DNA of 24,000 nucleotides from Alkaliphilus serpentinus. GTDB lineage: Bacteria > Bacillota > Clostridia > Peptostreptococcales > Natronincolaceae. Both the position numbers and the translations under genes were made by a program. Location: contig NZ_WBZB01000052.1 in the NCBI RefSeq assembly GCF_009017255.1, forward strand, positions 1 through 24,000, in the 5' to 3' direction. A model generated the notes under the pieces. It saw only the letters and a program-made list of their open reading frames with translations. It was not told the DNA's origin and did not search any database. Below are positions 6,092 to 14,418 of the stretch, piece by piece. The first letter of the stretch is position 1, and the number at the start of each line of letters is the position of its first letter.

Positions 6092-7808
6092 AATCTAAGT
6101 TAAGGGTATCCCCATTGCTATTTGCAGATAATCCCATATTTTTAGTAATAAGCTGAACCTTAATCTGTTGACTTTCGTCTATAAAGGTCATGGTTTCTTT
6201 ACTTTGATTATACTCCCCATTACTTTTTTCATGGATGGCTAAAGCTATTTCCTCTAGATCTTTACTATATAATAGCTTACCCTCCTTAATGATACGAAGT
6301 TCTTTACCATCTTCATCATAGCTTATTTCTATATTTCCTTCATAGGGTCTGCTACTACGGTTGTAAAAAGAGAAATCAATAAAATAATCATAATCTCCGA
6401 TTTCATAAAGGTCTATGCTATTTTCTAAACTATAGGAATTGTATTTACGTGGAAAATCCCAATAGTAATCCCTTATTTCAAAGTCCAGTTTCTCCTCCAG
6501 TTCTTTTAGATTCATATCCTCTGGAACATATTTTAGATCACCTATCCTATGATTATGATCAAAGTAGAGAACAATACTACTTAATTCCTTTTTTACCTCC
6601 TCTGATAAATCTGTAGGGGCATTTTGTAGCTCTTCATTGGCCAACAGATTATTTTCCTTCAACAGCATCTCAAATCTAGAATTCTGACTATACTTAGATA
6701 TTGTGTAGGCATTGATGGGTCCAATTACTGAAACTATAAAAATAATAGCAATTGATATAAATAGTACAATGGTTTTGGGACTTCTTTTTATAGCTAAATA
6801 GGTCATATTTCCAAAAACCCAAAGGGCAGCCATCAGAACAAAATGCCTGTTTTCTGTAACCCCATAGGCATTTATTCGAATACCTAAAGCTATAAGCATC
6901 ATCATGATCAGGGGTAGTATGGCTCTTGGAAGATTACTTGTAAAGGCCCTAGCCCATTTATTGTTCTCCCTTATAGGATAAACCAAAAACACTACAAAGG
7001 TGCTGATTAATCCATACCATAATACTAAATGAGATATCCTAATTTCTGGCCATTCCCTTGTTAAAATAATCCTTCCAAAGTAAACATATAAGATGACGGT
7101 ATAGACCACCAACAAGGGCATAATGATATACAGAAGAAGTACCTTTATAACCTTAGAATAATTCTCCTTTGACATATCTTGATTAGATAATGGTAGGGTT
7201 GACAAAAAGTAGCTTGGAGCAAAAATTCCAGCAACGATTAACCATATATCTAAGTACAACTCAGATGCTACATCTATAGAGAATAATGTTTCTATAGTAA
7301 ATAGGATGGCAGCCAGACCTAGAAAAAGAATAACAGCATAAAGATAGGTTATAAAAAAGTCGGTTATTAATTTGATAATATAGACCTCAAAGCCTCTTCT
7401 TTTTATAAAATAGGGTATAAAGGCAAAGGTAAAATAAAAGGATAGAGTGATTGCTATATATCTAGTGGTGGAAACCATTGTCATATCCTTTATAAAAAAC
7501 AAATAATACAGAGCTAAGAAAGCAATACCAGCAGCCTCAATAATTAGTTTAGTACTTACCTTGTAGGCTTTTATTCTTTCAAATAAAACCTGTACTACTA
7601 AGAAAAGTGGTATTCCTAGAGCAAAGGTCATAGCCAGTCTTCTATAGGTATCCCAAGGGACACTTCCCGAAGGAAAGTCATGATTTTGCATAATAAGGGT
7701 GATAACCGTCGCTATAGCCATTGTTATTGGGATGGGAAATCTTTTAAAGCTCAAAGATAGCTTTTGCACTATGGTATTAAAATATTGTTTAATATTAAAT
7801 TTTAACAT
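6057..7808 (-). CDS. Polytopic membrane protein (DUF4153-like) with a soluble C-terminal domain of about 200 aa
   Basis: 583-aa ORF with about 10-12 hydrophobic segments followed by an acidic/Tyr-rich soluble tail. The DUF4153 family assignment is from memory of similar proteins and is unverified. Confidence 0.5.
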   Translation of the reverse strand: MLKFNIKQYFNTIVQKLSLSFKRFPIPITMAIATVITLIMQNHDFPSGSVPWDTYRRLAMTFALGIPLFLVVQVLFERIKAYKVSTKLIIEAAGIAFLALYYLFFIKDMTMVSTTRYIAITLSFYFTFAFIPYFIKRRGFEVYIIKLITDFFITYLYAVILFLGLAAILFTIETLFSIDVASELYLDIWLIVAGIFAPSYFLSTLPLSNQDMSKENYSKVIKVLLLYIIMPLLVVYTVILYVYFGRIILTREWPEIRISHLVLWYGLISTFVVFLVYPIRENNKWARAFTSNLPRAILPLIMMMLIALGIRINAYGVTENRHFVLMAALWVFGNMTYLAIKRSPKTIVLFISIAIIFIVSVIGPINAYTISKYSQNSRFEMLLKENNLLANEELQNAPTDLSEEVKKELSSIVLYFDHNHRIGDLKYVPEDMNLKELEEKLDFEIRDYYWDFPRKYNSYSLENSIDLYEIGDYDYFIDFSFYNRSSRPYEGNIEISYDEDGKELRIIKEGKLLYSKDLEEIALAIHEKSNGEYNQSKETMTFIDESQQIKVQLITKNMGLSANSNGDTLNLDFMEFYLFVKIK

Positions 7809-7896
7809 TTCGCATTGTCCCCTTTCAGTTTAACGATAAAATATAGTCAAGAGTATAAATTTAATTTATTCATTTGATTTTATCTTATATTTCTAA

Positions 7897-7951
7897 TTTT
7901 CAATCTTCATTTTTCATTTTTCATTTTTAACTTTCAATTTTCAATTTTTTT
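7897..7951. repeat. T-rich heptamer-periodic tract (TCATTTT x3 at 7907-7927; TTCAATT x2 at 7933-7946) in a divergent promoter region
   Basis: Direct reading: ttttcaatct tcatttt tcatttt tcatttt taac t ttcaatt ttcaatt ttttt. Confidence 0.85.
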
Positions 7952-8076
7952 GTGTCCTTATTCTATTAATACCCACTTAAGTTGTCTGCTATAACTAATT
8001 ATACTTTATATCCAAAAAATATTGTATAATTATTATAATGATGATTTAAAATTGAAATATAAAAAGAAGAGGTAAT

Positions 8077-8958
8077 ATGATGCAGGAAAAATCCATTAGC
8101 CTAAAGAAAATTACAACATCTATATTTCTAGTAAGTATTCTTCAAGCAGGTGCCCTAATATCGGTAATTGTCTATATATTTTTTGAGGACACCATCGGTT
8201 TTAGAAGGGTGATAAGTAACTTTAGGTTTTATACCATCCCCATTTTACTACTATTACTTTTGTATACCTATTTTATGTTTAAGCATATTCAGATAATGCT
8301 AAAGAGCAATCGTCAATATAGTATCATTAGTGAAACAAATCAACAGCTTATTGATCTTAACAATACCCTTAGATCTCAACGTCACGATTTTATGAATCAT
8401 CTACAAGTGGTTTATGGTCTCATAGAAATGGATGAGTATTCTGACGCAAAGGATTATATTGAGAAAATTTATAAAGATATGCAAAAAGTAAACGGAGTTT
8501 TGAAGACCAAGAATCCTGCTGTAAATGCCCTAATACAAGCAAAGATCATTCATGCGGAAAAGCTAGATATTATCTTTAAGGCCAACTTAAAAACACAGCT
8601 TCAGGGACTACCAATGCCCTCTTGGGAATTCTGTAAAATTCTAGCCAATATAATAGACAATGGCATATACGCTTTAAAAGAGAAACCTAACAAGAAATTG
8701 TTATATCTTGAATTGTATGAAGATATGAAGGGCTTCGGTTTTATCATAAACAATAATGGTAGTAAAATTCCTGAGGATATAATTGATAAAATCTTTGACG
8801 GAGGCTTTACAACAAAGGGCAAAGAGGGTGAAGGTATGGGCCTTGCCATCACTAAAAGTACCCTTCAGCGTTTTGGAGGATCAATTTCGGTAATCAGCAA
8901 TGATGATATAACTCAATTTAAGGGTTATATTCCTAAAATGGTGAATCAACCCCAATGA
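8077..8958 (+). CDS. Sensor histidine kinase, Spo0B-type/DcuS-CitA-like H-box with GHKL ATPase; 2 TM with a minimal external loop
   Basis: H-box RSQRHDFMNHLQVVYGLIEMDEY, N-box ILANIIDNGIYA, G-boxes FDGGFTTKGKEGEGMGLAI. Two N-terminal TM helices are separated by about 15 residues. Confidence 0.85.
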   Translation: MMQEKSISLKKITTSIFLVSILQAGALISVIVYIFFEDTIGFRRVISNFRFYTIPILLLLLLYTYFMFKHIQIMLKSNRQYSIISETNQQLIDLNNTLRSQRHDFMNHLQVVYGLIEMDEYSDAKDYIEKIYKDMQKVNGVLKTKNPAVNALIQAKIIHAEKLDIIFKANLKTQLQGLPMPSWEFCKILANIIDNGIYALKEKPNKKLLYLELYEDMKGFGFIINNNGSKIPEDIIDKIFDGGFTTKGKEGEGMGLAITKSTLQRFGGSISVISNDDITQFKGYIPKMVNQPQ

Positions 8959-9053
8959 CACCTCAGACAAAAAAATGTACTGTATAGAAGACATAGCTTT
9001 TCTTTTTTTATCAATGTTTTATAATTTATATAAGGTATAATGGAGGTGATAGA

Positions 9054-9545
9054 ATGAGTATCTTGGCTGGAATAAGTTGGATTGCAGCTCTGTGTTTTTT
9101 AATAGGCTTTGTAATGATCATTATTGAAATATATATTCCCGGATTTGGCATAGCAGGAATAACTGGTATAATTCTATTTATTGTAGGAATTGTTTTGTCG
9201 GCGGATAGCTTTCTAGAAGCCCTTATTATGATCTTAATCATTCTCAGTATTCTAGGTGTTATGCTAATTCTAGTGATAAACTCAGCTTCTAAAGGAAAAT
9301 TTGGTAGAAGTTTTATTCTTACCACAGCCCTAAATAAGGAGTCAGGTTATATTGGTGTTGAGGATTTGGTTTACTTCTTGAATAAGGAAGGAAAAACTGT
9401 TACCAAACTAAGACCATCTGGTACAGCTGACTTTGATGGAGTTAAGCTGGATGTAGTATCCGATGGAGAATTTATTGAGGCAGGGGTGAAAGTTAAGGTA
9501 ATTAGCGTCCAAGGAAGGCGAATCGTAGTCAGATCAATTGAGTAG
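9054..9545 (+). CDS. NfeD-family membrane protein (TM N-terminal part plus C-terminal OB-fold)
   Basis: About 3 TM segments, then ...TKLRPSGTADFDGVKLDVVSDGEFIEAGVKVKVISVQGRRIVV, typical of the NfeD C-terminal beta-barrel. RBS GGAGGTG lies 5 nt upstream. Confidence 0.75.
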   Translation: MSILAGISWIAALCFLIGFVMIIIEIYIPGFGIAGITGIILFIVGIVLSADSFLEALIMILIILSILGVMLILVINSASKGKFGRSFILTTALNKESGYIGVEDLVYFLNKEGKTVTKLRPSGTADFDGVKLDVVSDGEFIEAGVKVKVISVQGRRIVVRSIE

Positions 9546-9565
9546 CATACTAAAGGAGGGTGTTT

Positions 9566-10309
9566 ATGGATCTAAGGGTGATTATAGCAGATGATGATGA
9601 TGGTATGAGGCTGTTGCTGAAAAAGGCCCTAGATAAACAAAATGATATTCAAATTGTAGGTGAAGGGGTTGACGGTGAAGAAGCCCTACATTTGTACGAG
9701 ACCTTAAATCCCGATGTCGTTTTTTTAGATGTTGAAATGCCTAAAATTAATGGCATAGAATGTGCTAAAAAAATTGCGGATATAAACCCCAAGGCAGTCA
9801 TTATATTTGTAACGGCCTTTAATGACTATATGCCTCAAGCCTTTGAGTTATACGCCTTTGATTATTTAATAAAGCCCTTTAAAATAGATAGGCTTAAGCA
9901 AACAATTGAACGGATAAAATCCATTGAAACTAAAGAAGATACTGCTTTAATTCATAAGATCATTAAATATGAAAAGGGATTAGAGAAGCTAATCGTTAAA
10001 AATAAGGAAGGTCTTTCTTTTGTAGATATTAAGGATATCATCATCATACAAAGGGAGAATCGCAGCACGGTTTTATACACAGAAAAGGATAGCTTTTCTA
10101 CTTCAGAGAGTTTGAGTATCCTGGAGGAGAAGCTAGATAGGAATCTCTTTTTTCGAAGTCATAAATCTTATATTATCAATATATCAATGATTGAAAAAAT
10201 CTATCCCTATGGAAGATGGACCTATATCGTTAAGCTGAAAAATACCGATAAGGATGCCCTTCTTACCCATGAAAGATTTAATGATTTGGAGCGAATTTTT
10301 ACATCGTAA
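9566..10309 (+). CDS. LytR/AlgR-family response regulator (REC + LytTR DNA-binding domain)
   Basis: REC domain (IIADDD...FLDVEMPKINGIE...TAF...KP) and a LytTR C-terminus (FFRSHKSYIINISMIEKIYPYG). Start set at ATG 9566, 5 nt after AAAGGAGG, instead of GTG 9560. Confidence 0.9.
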   Translation: MDLRVIIADDDDGMRLLLKKALDKQNDIQIVGEGVDGEEALHLYETLNPDVVFLDVEMPKINGIECAKKIADINPKAVIIFVTAFNDYMPQAFELYAFDYLIKPFKIDRLKQTIERIKSIETKEDTALIHKIIKYEKGLEKLIVKNKEGLSFVDIKDIIIIQRENRSTVLYTEKDSFSTSESLSILEEKLDRNLFFRSHKSYIINISMIEKIYPYGRWTYIVKLKNTDKDALLTHERFNDLERIFTS

Positions 10310-10370
10310 ATTACTTAAAAATAAGCCTATTGCTTTTGTTTTCAACCTATGGCACAAGTTCTTAAACAGC

Positions 10371-10401
10371 AAAAGATCAAGCTTTTCCAGCTTGATCTTT
10401 T
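10371..10401. terminator. Bidirectional intrinsic terminator between the convergent response-regulator and DPS-like genes
   Basis: Perfect 13-bp stem AAAAGATCAAGCT / AGCTTGATCTTTT with loop TTTCC. An A-run on one side and a T-run on the other give a U-tract in both orientations. Confidence 0.8.
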
Positions 10402-10407
10402 AGTCTT

Positions 10408-10917
10408 CTATTTAATATTTTTCATATCTTCTTTAATTCTATTAATATCCGTTATCCAATCTTCAATGTCCTGTTCATGCTCTAATTCCTCATTTAGGAT
10501 GTTAATGGCCATTTGGTGGGTGGTAAAATCCTTACCATTGGTGAACTCAGCTATTTCTTGATATCTATCAATTGCACATCGCTCTCCATCAAGATTTTGC
10601 TCTAGGATGGCAATTATGTATGGATCCGTTGGTTCTTCATATGCACAGCGACTTAGCTTTGTCCAGTCAGATGGATTCAATACTGGAGTTCCTCCAAGTT
10701 GAATAATTCTATCAACAACTAAAGTAGCATGATTTAGTTCTTGGTCTGCATGTAATAGAAGCTCCTTCTCTATATCGCTTCTCATAGGCCCCTCCATTAG
10801 TCTAGCACCAATCCAATATTGATAGTAGGCTAACCATTCCTCACTTAAGGCAGCATTCAGCATTTCGATTAACTTTTCAACATCAAGATTTAGAATATTT
10901 ACTCCTCTTTTACCCAT
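10408..10917 (-). CDS. Ferritin-fold di-iron protein, DPS-like (DPSL / bacterioferritin-related)
   Basis: Four-helix-bundle ligand pattern (SEEW, DQELNH, EQNL, EELEHE) plus two Cys (SRCAY, GERCAI). Start moved to ATG 10917 (GAAGGGAGAGG upstream). Confidence 0.7.
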   Translation of the reverse strand: MGKRGVNILNLDVEKLIEMLNAALSEEWLAYYQYWIGARLMEGPMRSDIEKELLLHADQELNHATLVVDRIIQLGGTPVLNPSDWTKLSRCAYEEPTDPYIIAILEQNLDGERCAIDRYQEIAEFTNGKDFTTHQMAINILNEELEHEQDIEDWITDINRIKEDMKNIK

Positions 10918-11103
10918 AATACCTCTCCCTTCTATTTTTGTCACATAAAAGAATTACCCTTACAATATTCATTTTAACATTTTTTTGGCAAAAAAATAAA
11001 GTTTTTCTCGATAAGCTTCTTTAACTTTTGGAAAAAATATCATATACTGTGTTGATTTAGGTAGTATAATAATTGTAATACGATTTTATGGAGGAAATAT
11101 TTA

Positions 11104-11952
11104 ATGGAAGTAAAGTTTATTCAAAGAATACAGCGGGCAATAGACTATATTGAAGATCGACTACATGAAAGCATACAAATTGAAGACGTTGCAAAGGCAG
11201 CTTATATGTCCCAATCCGCCCTATACAACATGTTTTCTAGCCTTACTGGCACATCTGTGAAGGAGTATATTAGAAACAGAAGATTATCCTTATCTGCTTA
11301 TGACTTAATATTTACCGATATGCGGATTCTTGATATAGCAGTTAAATTTCAATATTCCAGCTACGAATCCTATTCTAGAGCCTTTAAAAAGGTATACAAA
11401 ATATCCCCTAACAAATATAGAAGGAATGGGGAATACACAAACATTTATCCTAGAGTAACATTGCGATTCAGATATTATACTGGGGGTAATGATATGGTAG
11501 ATATGGATGTTAAGAGAGACTTCTTAATAGAGGAGCATCTTCAAGATACCGATGGTTACATTTTAAGTTTAGATATAGATGATTTTAAAGACATTAATAT
11601 AAACTACGGATATAGTATCGGGGACAAAGTACTTAAAGAGATTCCCGAAAGAATTCAGTCTGTATTCCAATGTTATCAAATATCTGCAGATGTTACACAT
11701 GTCAATAGTGATGAATTTGTTGTAATAATCAAAGAAGATACCAGTTCCTATATTCATGAGCTAACCCATGATATTATCAATGTATTAAATACTGAATTTA
11801 CTTATGGGAACATCTCCATTAAGATTTCTGTGACCATGGATATTTCCAAGTTTTCTTTAGATCAGAATGATGAAGATTTAATAAAGAATGCCCAAAGGAC
11901 CCTTCAGATAACAAAGGAAAAGAGGAATCAAAGGTACATCCCTTTAGATTAA
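11104..11952 (+). CDS. AraC-family HTH regulator fused to a degenerate GGDEF-like domain
   Basis: The N-terminal AraC HTH pair (IEDVAKAAYMSQSALYNMF...ILDIAVKFQYSSYESYSRAFKKVYKISPNKYR) is followed by LSLDIDDFKDININYGYSIGDKVLKEI...VTHVNSDEFVVII, where GGDEF is replaced by NSDEF. Confidence 0.75.
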   Translation: MEVKFIQRIQRAIDYIEDRLHESIQIEDVAKAAYMSQSALYNMFSSLTGTSVKEYIRNRRLSLSAYDLIFTDMRILDIAVKFQYSSYESYSRAFKKVYKISPNKYRRNGEYTNIYPRVTLRFRYYTGGNDMVDMDVKRDFLIEEHLQDTDGYILSLDIDDFKDININYGYSIGDKVLKEIPERIQSVFQCYQISADVTHVNSDEFVVIIKEDTSSYIHELTHDIINVLNTEFTYGNISIKISVTMDISKFSLDQNDEDLIKNAQRTLQITKEKRNQRYIPLD

Positions 11953-11972
11953 TCAAGACTTTTAGACAAATT

Positions 11973-12014
11973 GATCCCCAGTGCTAAAAGCTTTAGCCTA
12001 GAGGGATCTTTTTT
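11973..12014 (+). terminator. Intrinsic terminator after the AraC::GGDEF-like gene
   Basis: Outer stem GATCCC/GGGATC encloses inner stem GCTAAA/TTTAGC and is followed by TTTTTTATTT. Confidence 0.6.
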
Positions 12015-12468
12015 ATTTGTTATTTGCATTTAGGGATATTACGACTGAAGTCTTCTTAGCTATAAAACAGGTTAATATAAAGGCCGCCACTAGACGGGTA
12101 CCAATTATTATAAAGCCATTAGCACCTACTGCAACAAACAAAAGAGTATCTTCGAATACTGCATGACAGGTGGCTAAAAAAATAGTAATGATTAGTAGAT
12201 CTCGTTTTGTTAATTCCCCTTCTTTAGCACTTTGTATGATTACACCAGCACCATAGGATAGTCCAAATATAATTCCTACCAATAATGGCAATACAGCTTC
12301 ATCAGAGGTTTTAAAAATTCTGCTTAGAAAGTTGAAGGGCTTCGTAATTTTATCCAATATTTTAAAATCCTTTAATACCTGTAGTGCAATCATTATTGGG
12401 ATTATAATAATTGCTATTGAGTAGACTGAATGAATACTTCCAAAAAATCCTTCCTTTAATACTTCCAT
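12013..12468 (-). CDS. Nucleoside-recognition (Gate) domain membrane protein, second of a pair
   Basis: 151-aa protein with 4-5 TM segments. It contains ...SDEAVLPLLVGIIFGLSYGAG..., resembling the Gate domain of FeoB/SpmAB-type proteins. TAATG overlap with the upstream gene. Confidence 0.55.
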   Translation of the reverse strand: MEVLKEGFFGSIHSVYSIAIIIIPIMIALQVLKDFKILDKITKPFNFLSRIFKTSDEAVLPLLVGIIFGLSYGAGVIIQSAKEGELTKRDLLIITIFLATCHAVFEDTLLFVAVGANGFIIIGTRLVAAFILTCFIAKKTSVVISLNANNK

Positions 12469-12896
12469 TATGATATTAAACCCCCTAACCTACCCAAAAT
12501 TACACCAGAAGCAATTGCCAGCATCAACCTAACTGCAACGACTTTAAATCCACTTATGCCGAGCTTTTTCGTTACTGCTGTCTCCACTAAAAGAGAATGG
12601 GAAAAGGACAGCATCATGGCTATTACCGTTACCTCTAAAGGACTTAGTTCTATTGCTTTAATGGCGCCTATTGCAGCATAAAGGTTTAGTACATTCCCTA
12701 AAACAAGAACTATTGCTGCTTCACCAGACAAATTAAAGAGGGCCATTATTGGTCTAAAGGCATCTGCAATCCAATTTATGATAACCGTATGTTTTAAAAT
12801 TGTAATAATAAAGTATACTGGAATAATGATTTTCCCTAGCATCCAGGTTGTTTCTAGTCCCTTTTTGAATCCTGTTTTAATGGAGTTTATCAGCAT
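12468..12896 (-). CDS. Nucleoside-recognition (Gate) domain membrane protein, first of a pair
   Basis: 142-aa membrane protein containing ...LSGEAAIVLVLGNVLNLYAAIGA.... RBS AAGGAG upstream; translationally coupled to 12013-12468. Confidence 0.55.
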   Translation of the reverse strand: MLINSIKTGFKKGLETTWMLGKIIIPVYFIITILKHTVIINWIADAFRPIMALFNLSGEAAIVLVLGNVLNLYAAIGAIKAIELSPLEVTVIAMMLSFSHSLLVETAVTKKLGISGFKVVAVRLMLAIASGVILGRLGGLIS

Positions 12897-12941
12897 GATT
12901 TATTCATCTCCTTAGGCTACATAGGTTTCGTTACCCTTATT

Positions 12942-12950
12942 ATTATAGCA
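12942..12950 (-). promoter_or_regulatory. Candidate extended -10 promoter element (TGCTATAAT) for the Gate-domain gene pair
   Basis: The minus strand reads cttGCTATAATaataag about 45 nt upstream of ATG 12896. I see no convincing -35. Confidence 0.35.
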
Positions 12951-12994
12951 AGTTTTTTATCTATAGCACTAGGATTTTTTAAGTGCCTATTAAA

Positions 12995-13042
12995 AAATAT
13001 ACAAAAACAGATTCAGCAATCCCATAAAACTACTGAATCTGT
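12995..13042 (-). terminator. Intrinsic terminator ending the lactate-utilisation operon (after larA)
   Basis: 10-bp stem ACAGATTCAG (13007-13016) / CTGAATCTGT (13033-13042), followed on the minus strand by TTTTGTATATTTTTT. Confidence 0.7.
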
Positions 13043-13059
13043 TATTTTGATTTACTCAT

Positions 13060-14337
13060 CTATTGCTTTACAATAACTGATACACCATCTGGTATTACCG
13101 TAACGCTGGCATCCTTACCCTTTATTTCAAAGGCCATTTTCATAGCCTCCTCCAATGTATAGGCATGTAACATGTGCATATCTGTAACCATCTTAGAATC
13201 ACATTGATCTGTAACAAGAATTACTTTGTGCTTAATTAATAATCTTGCTAAAATTTGTGATTCCCATTGATCTGGAATGGTTTTTTCCATCGGAATTTTC
13301 ATTATGGTATCCATAACATCTTGTGCTGTTTTGTGGTCTAAAAAGGTCTGGTAGAAAGCTTCTCCACCATGGCCATCATTACATGCAGAGGCTATGATGA
13401 TTACTGCATCCTCCTTGGCTGTGGCCTCAGCTGCCGTCATTCCCTTTACTGTCTGATAGATATTCTGATCTAATGGATATCCTCCATTGGAAGTAACCAC
13501 AATATCGGCAGGAACAGGCTCTACACTGGCTAAGCCTGTAACAAATTCACAGCCCTCTTTATGGGCCAGCTCTCTATTACCTGCATAAGCACTTATAATC
13601 TTTTTGTTAGCATCGATCACAACATTTAATATAAAAGCTAAATTGGCAGCTTCTGCAGCATATAACATGTCCTTATGAATAGGATTTCCTTCTAGAACTC
13701 CTGTACGAGATTTCTCATGATATATAAACTGTGAGCAATGATTTGCCAACACCGTTGTTCTACCAGCTACCCCGGGTAATACACTCTTTCTCCCCCCTGA
13801 GAAACCAGCAAAGAAGTGGGGCTCGATAAAGCCTTCAGAAATTAACAGATCCGCCTCCATAGCCATTCGGTTAAGCCAAAGCTCCCCACCCGAGGGTAAT
13901 ATCCCTACTTTAACTAGGGTGCTTTCATCAAAGCAGTTGTGGTTTATAAACCTCTCATTTTTTACAAGCTCTTCACCGAATTTATTCAGCATTTCTGCTT
14001 CGGTAGTGGGTCTATGAAAGCCTGTAGCTATTAATATGGTAATATCTGCTTCAGGATTACCCTCCCGGATTTCTTTCAACACGATTGGCAGGGTAATGCT
14101 ACTTGGAACGGGTCTTGTATGGTCACTGGTAATGATGACAACTTTTTTCTTCCCAACAGCCAAGTCCCTTAATGGTGGTGAAGCAATTGGCTTATCTAAA
14201 GCCTTTCTAACAATTGTTGCCTCTGGATCATCAGTCTTAAAATGATGGGCCTTTGACTCTAATATTCCCTTTAGATTTTGATCAGGGACTTTTAGATCAA
14301 CAAACCCCCTGGAATAGGGTATTTTTATGATAGCCAT
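13060..14337 (-). CDS. larA: LarA-family nickel-pincer-dependent lactate (2-hydroxyacid) racemase
   Basis: 425 aa. Contains ...VVIITSDHTRPVPS..., ...FHRPTT... and ...EPHFFAGFSGGRKSVLPG..., typical of LarA/DUF2088. Its position at the end of a lactate cluster matches lctF of Acetobacterium woodii. Confidence 0.85.
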   Translation of the reverse strand: MAIIKIPYSRGFVDLKVPDQNLKGILESKAHHFKTDDPEATIVRKALDKPIASPPLRDLAVGKKKVVIITSDHTRPVPSSITLPIVLKEIREGNPEADITILIATGFHRPTTEAEMLNKFGEELVKNERFINHNCFDESTLVKVGILPSGGELWLNRMAMEADLLISEGFIEPHFFAGFSGGRKSVLPGVAGRTTVLANHCSQFIYHEKSRTGVLEGNPIHKDMLYAAEAANLAFILNVVIDANKKIISAYAGNRELAHKEGCEFVTGLASVEPVPADIVVTSNGGYPLDQNIYQTVKGMTAAEATAKEDAVIIIASACNDGHGGEAFYQTFLDHKTAQDVMDTIMKIPMEKTIPDQWESQILARLLIKHKVILVTDQCDSKMVTDMHMLHAYTLEEAMKMAFEIKGKDASVTVIPDGVSVIVKQ

Positions 14338-14373
14338 CCTTTTCTCCTCCTTGTATTAAATACAAGCAAATGA

Positions 14374-14399
14374 TTGCAGCGCTAATAACAGGGCTGCAA
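14374..14399 (-). other. Intra-operon hairpin between the LDH and larA genes
   Basis: 7-bp stem TTGCAGC/GCTGCAA with a 12-nt loop and no clean U-tract. It may be a processing or attenuation element, or nothing. Confidence 0.25.
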
Positions 14400-14418
14400 C
14401 CAATTACTTGCCATGTCT

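Noticed and set aside
9022-9043. Two TATAAT hexamers between the kinase and nfeD as an internal promoter
   Set aside because: Neither has a convincing -35 or TGn extension. The second abuts the nfeD RBS, so a transcript from it would lack the SD. I cannot distinguish this from AT-rich background.
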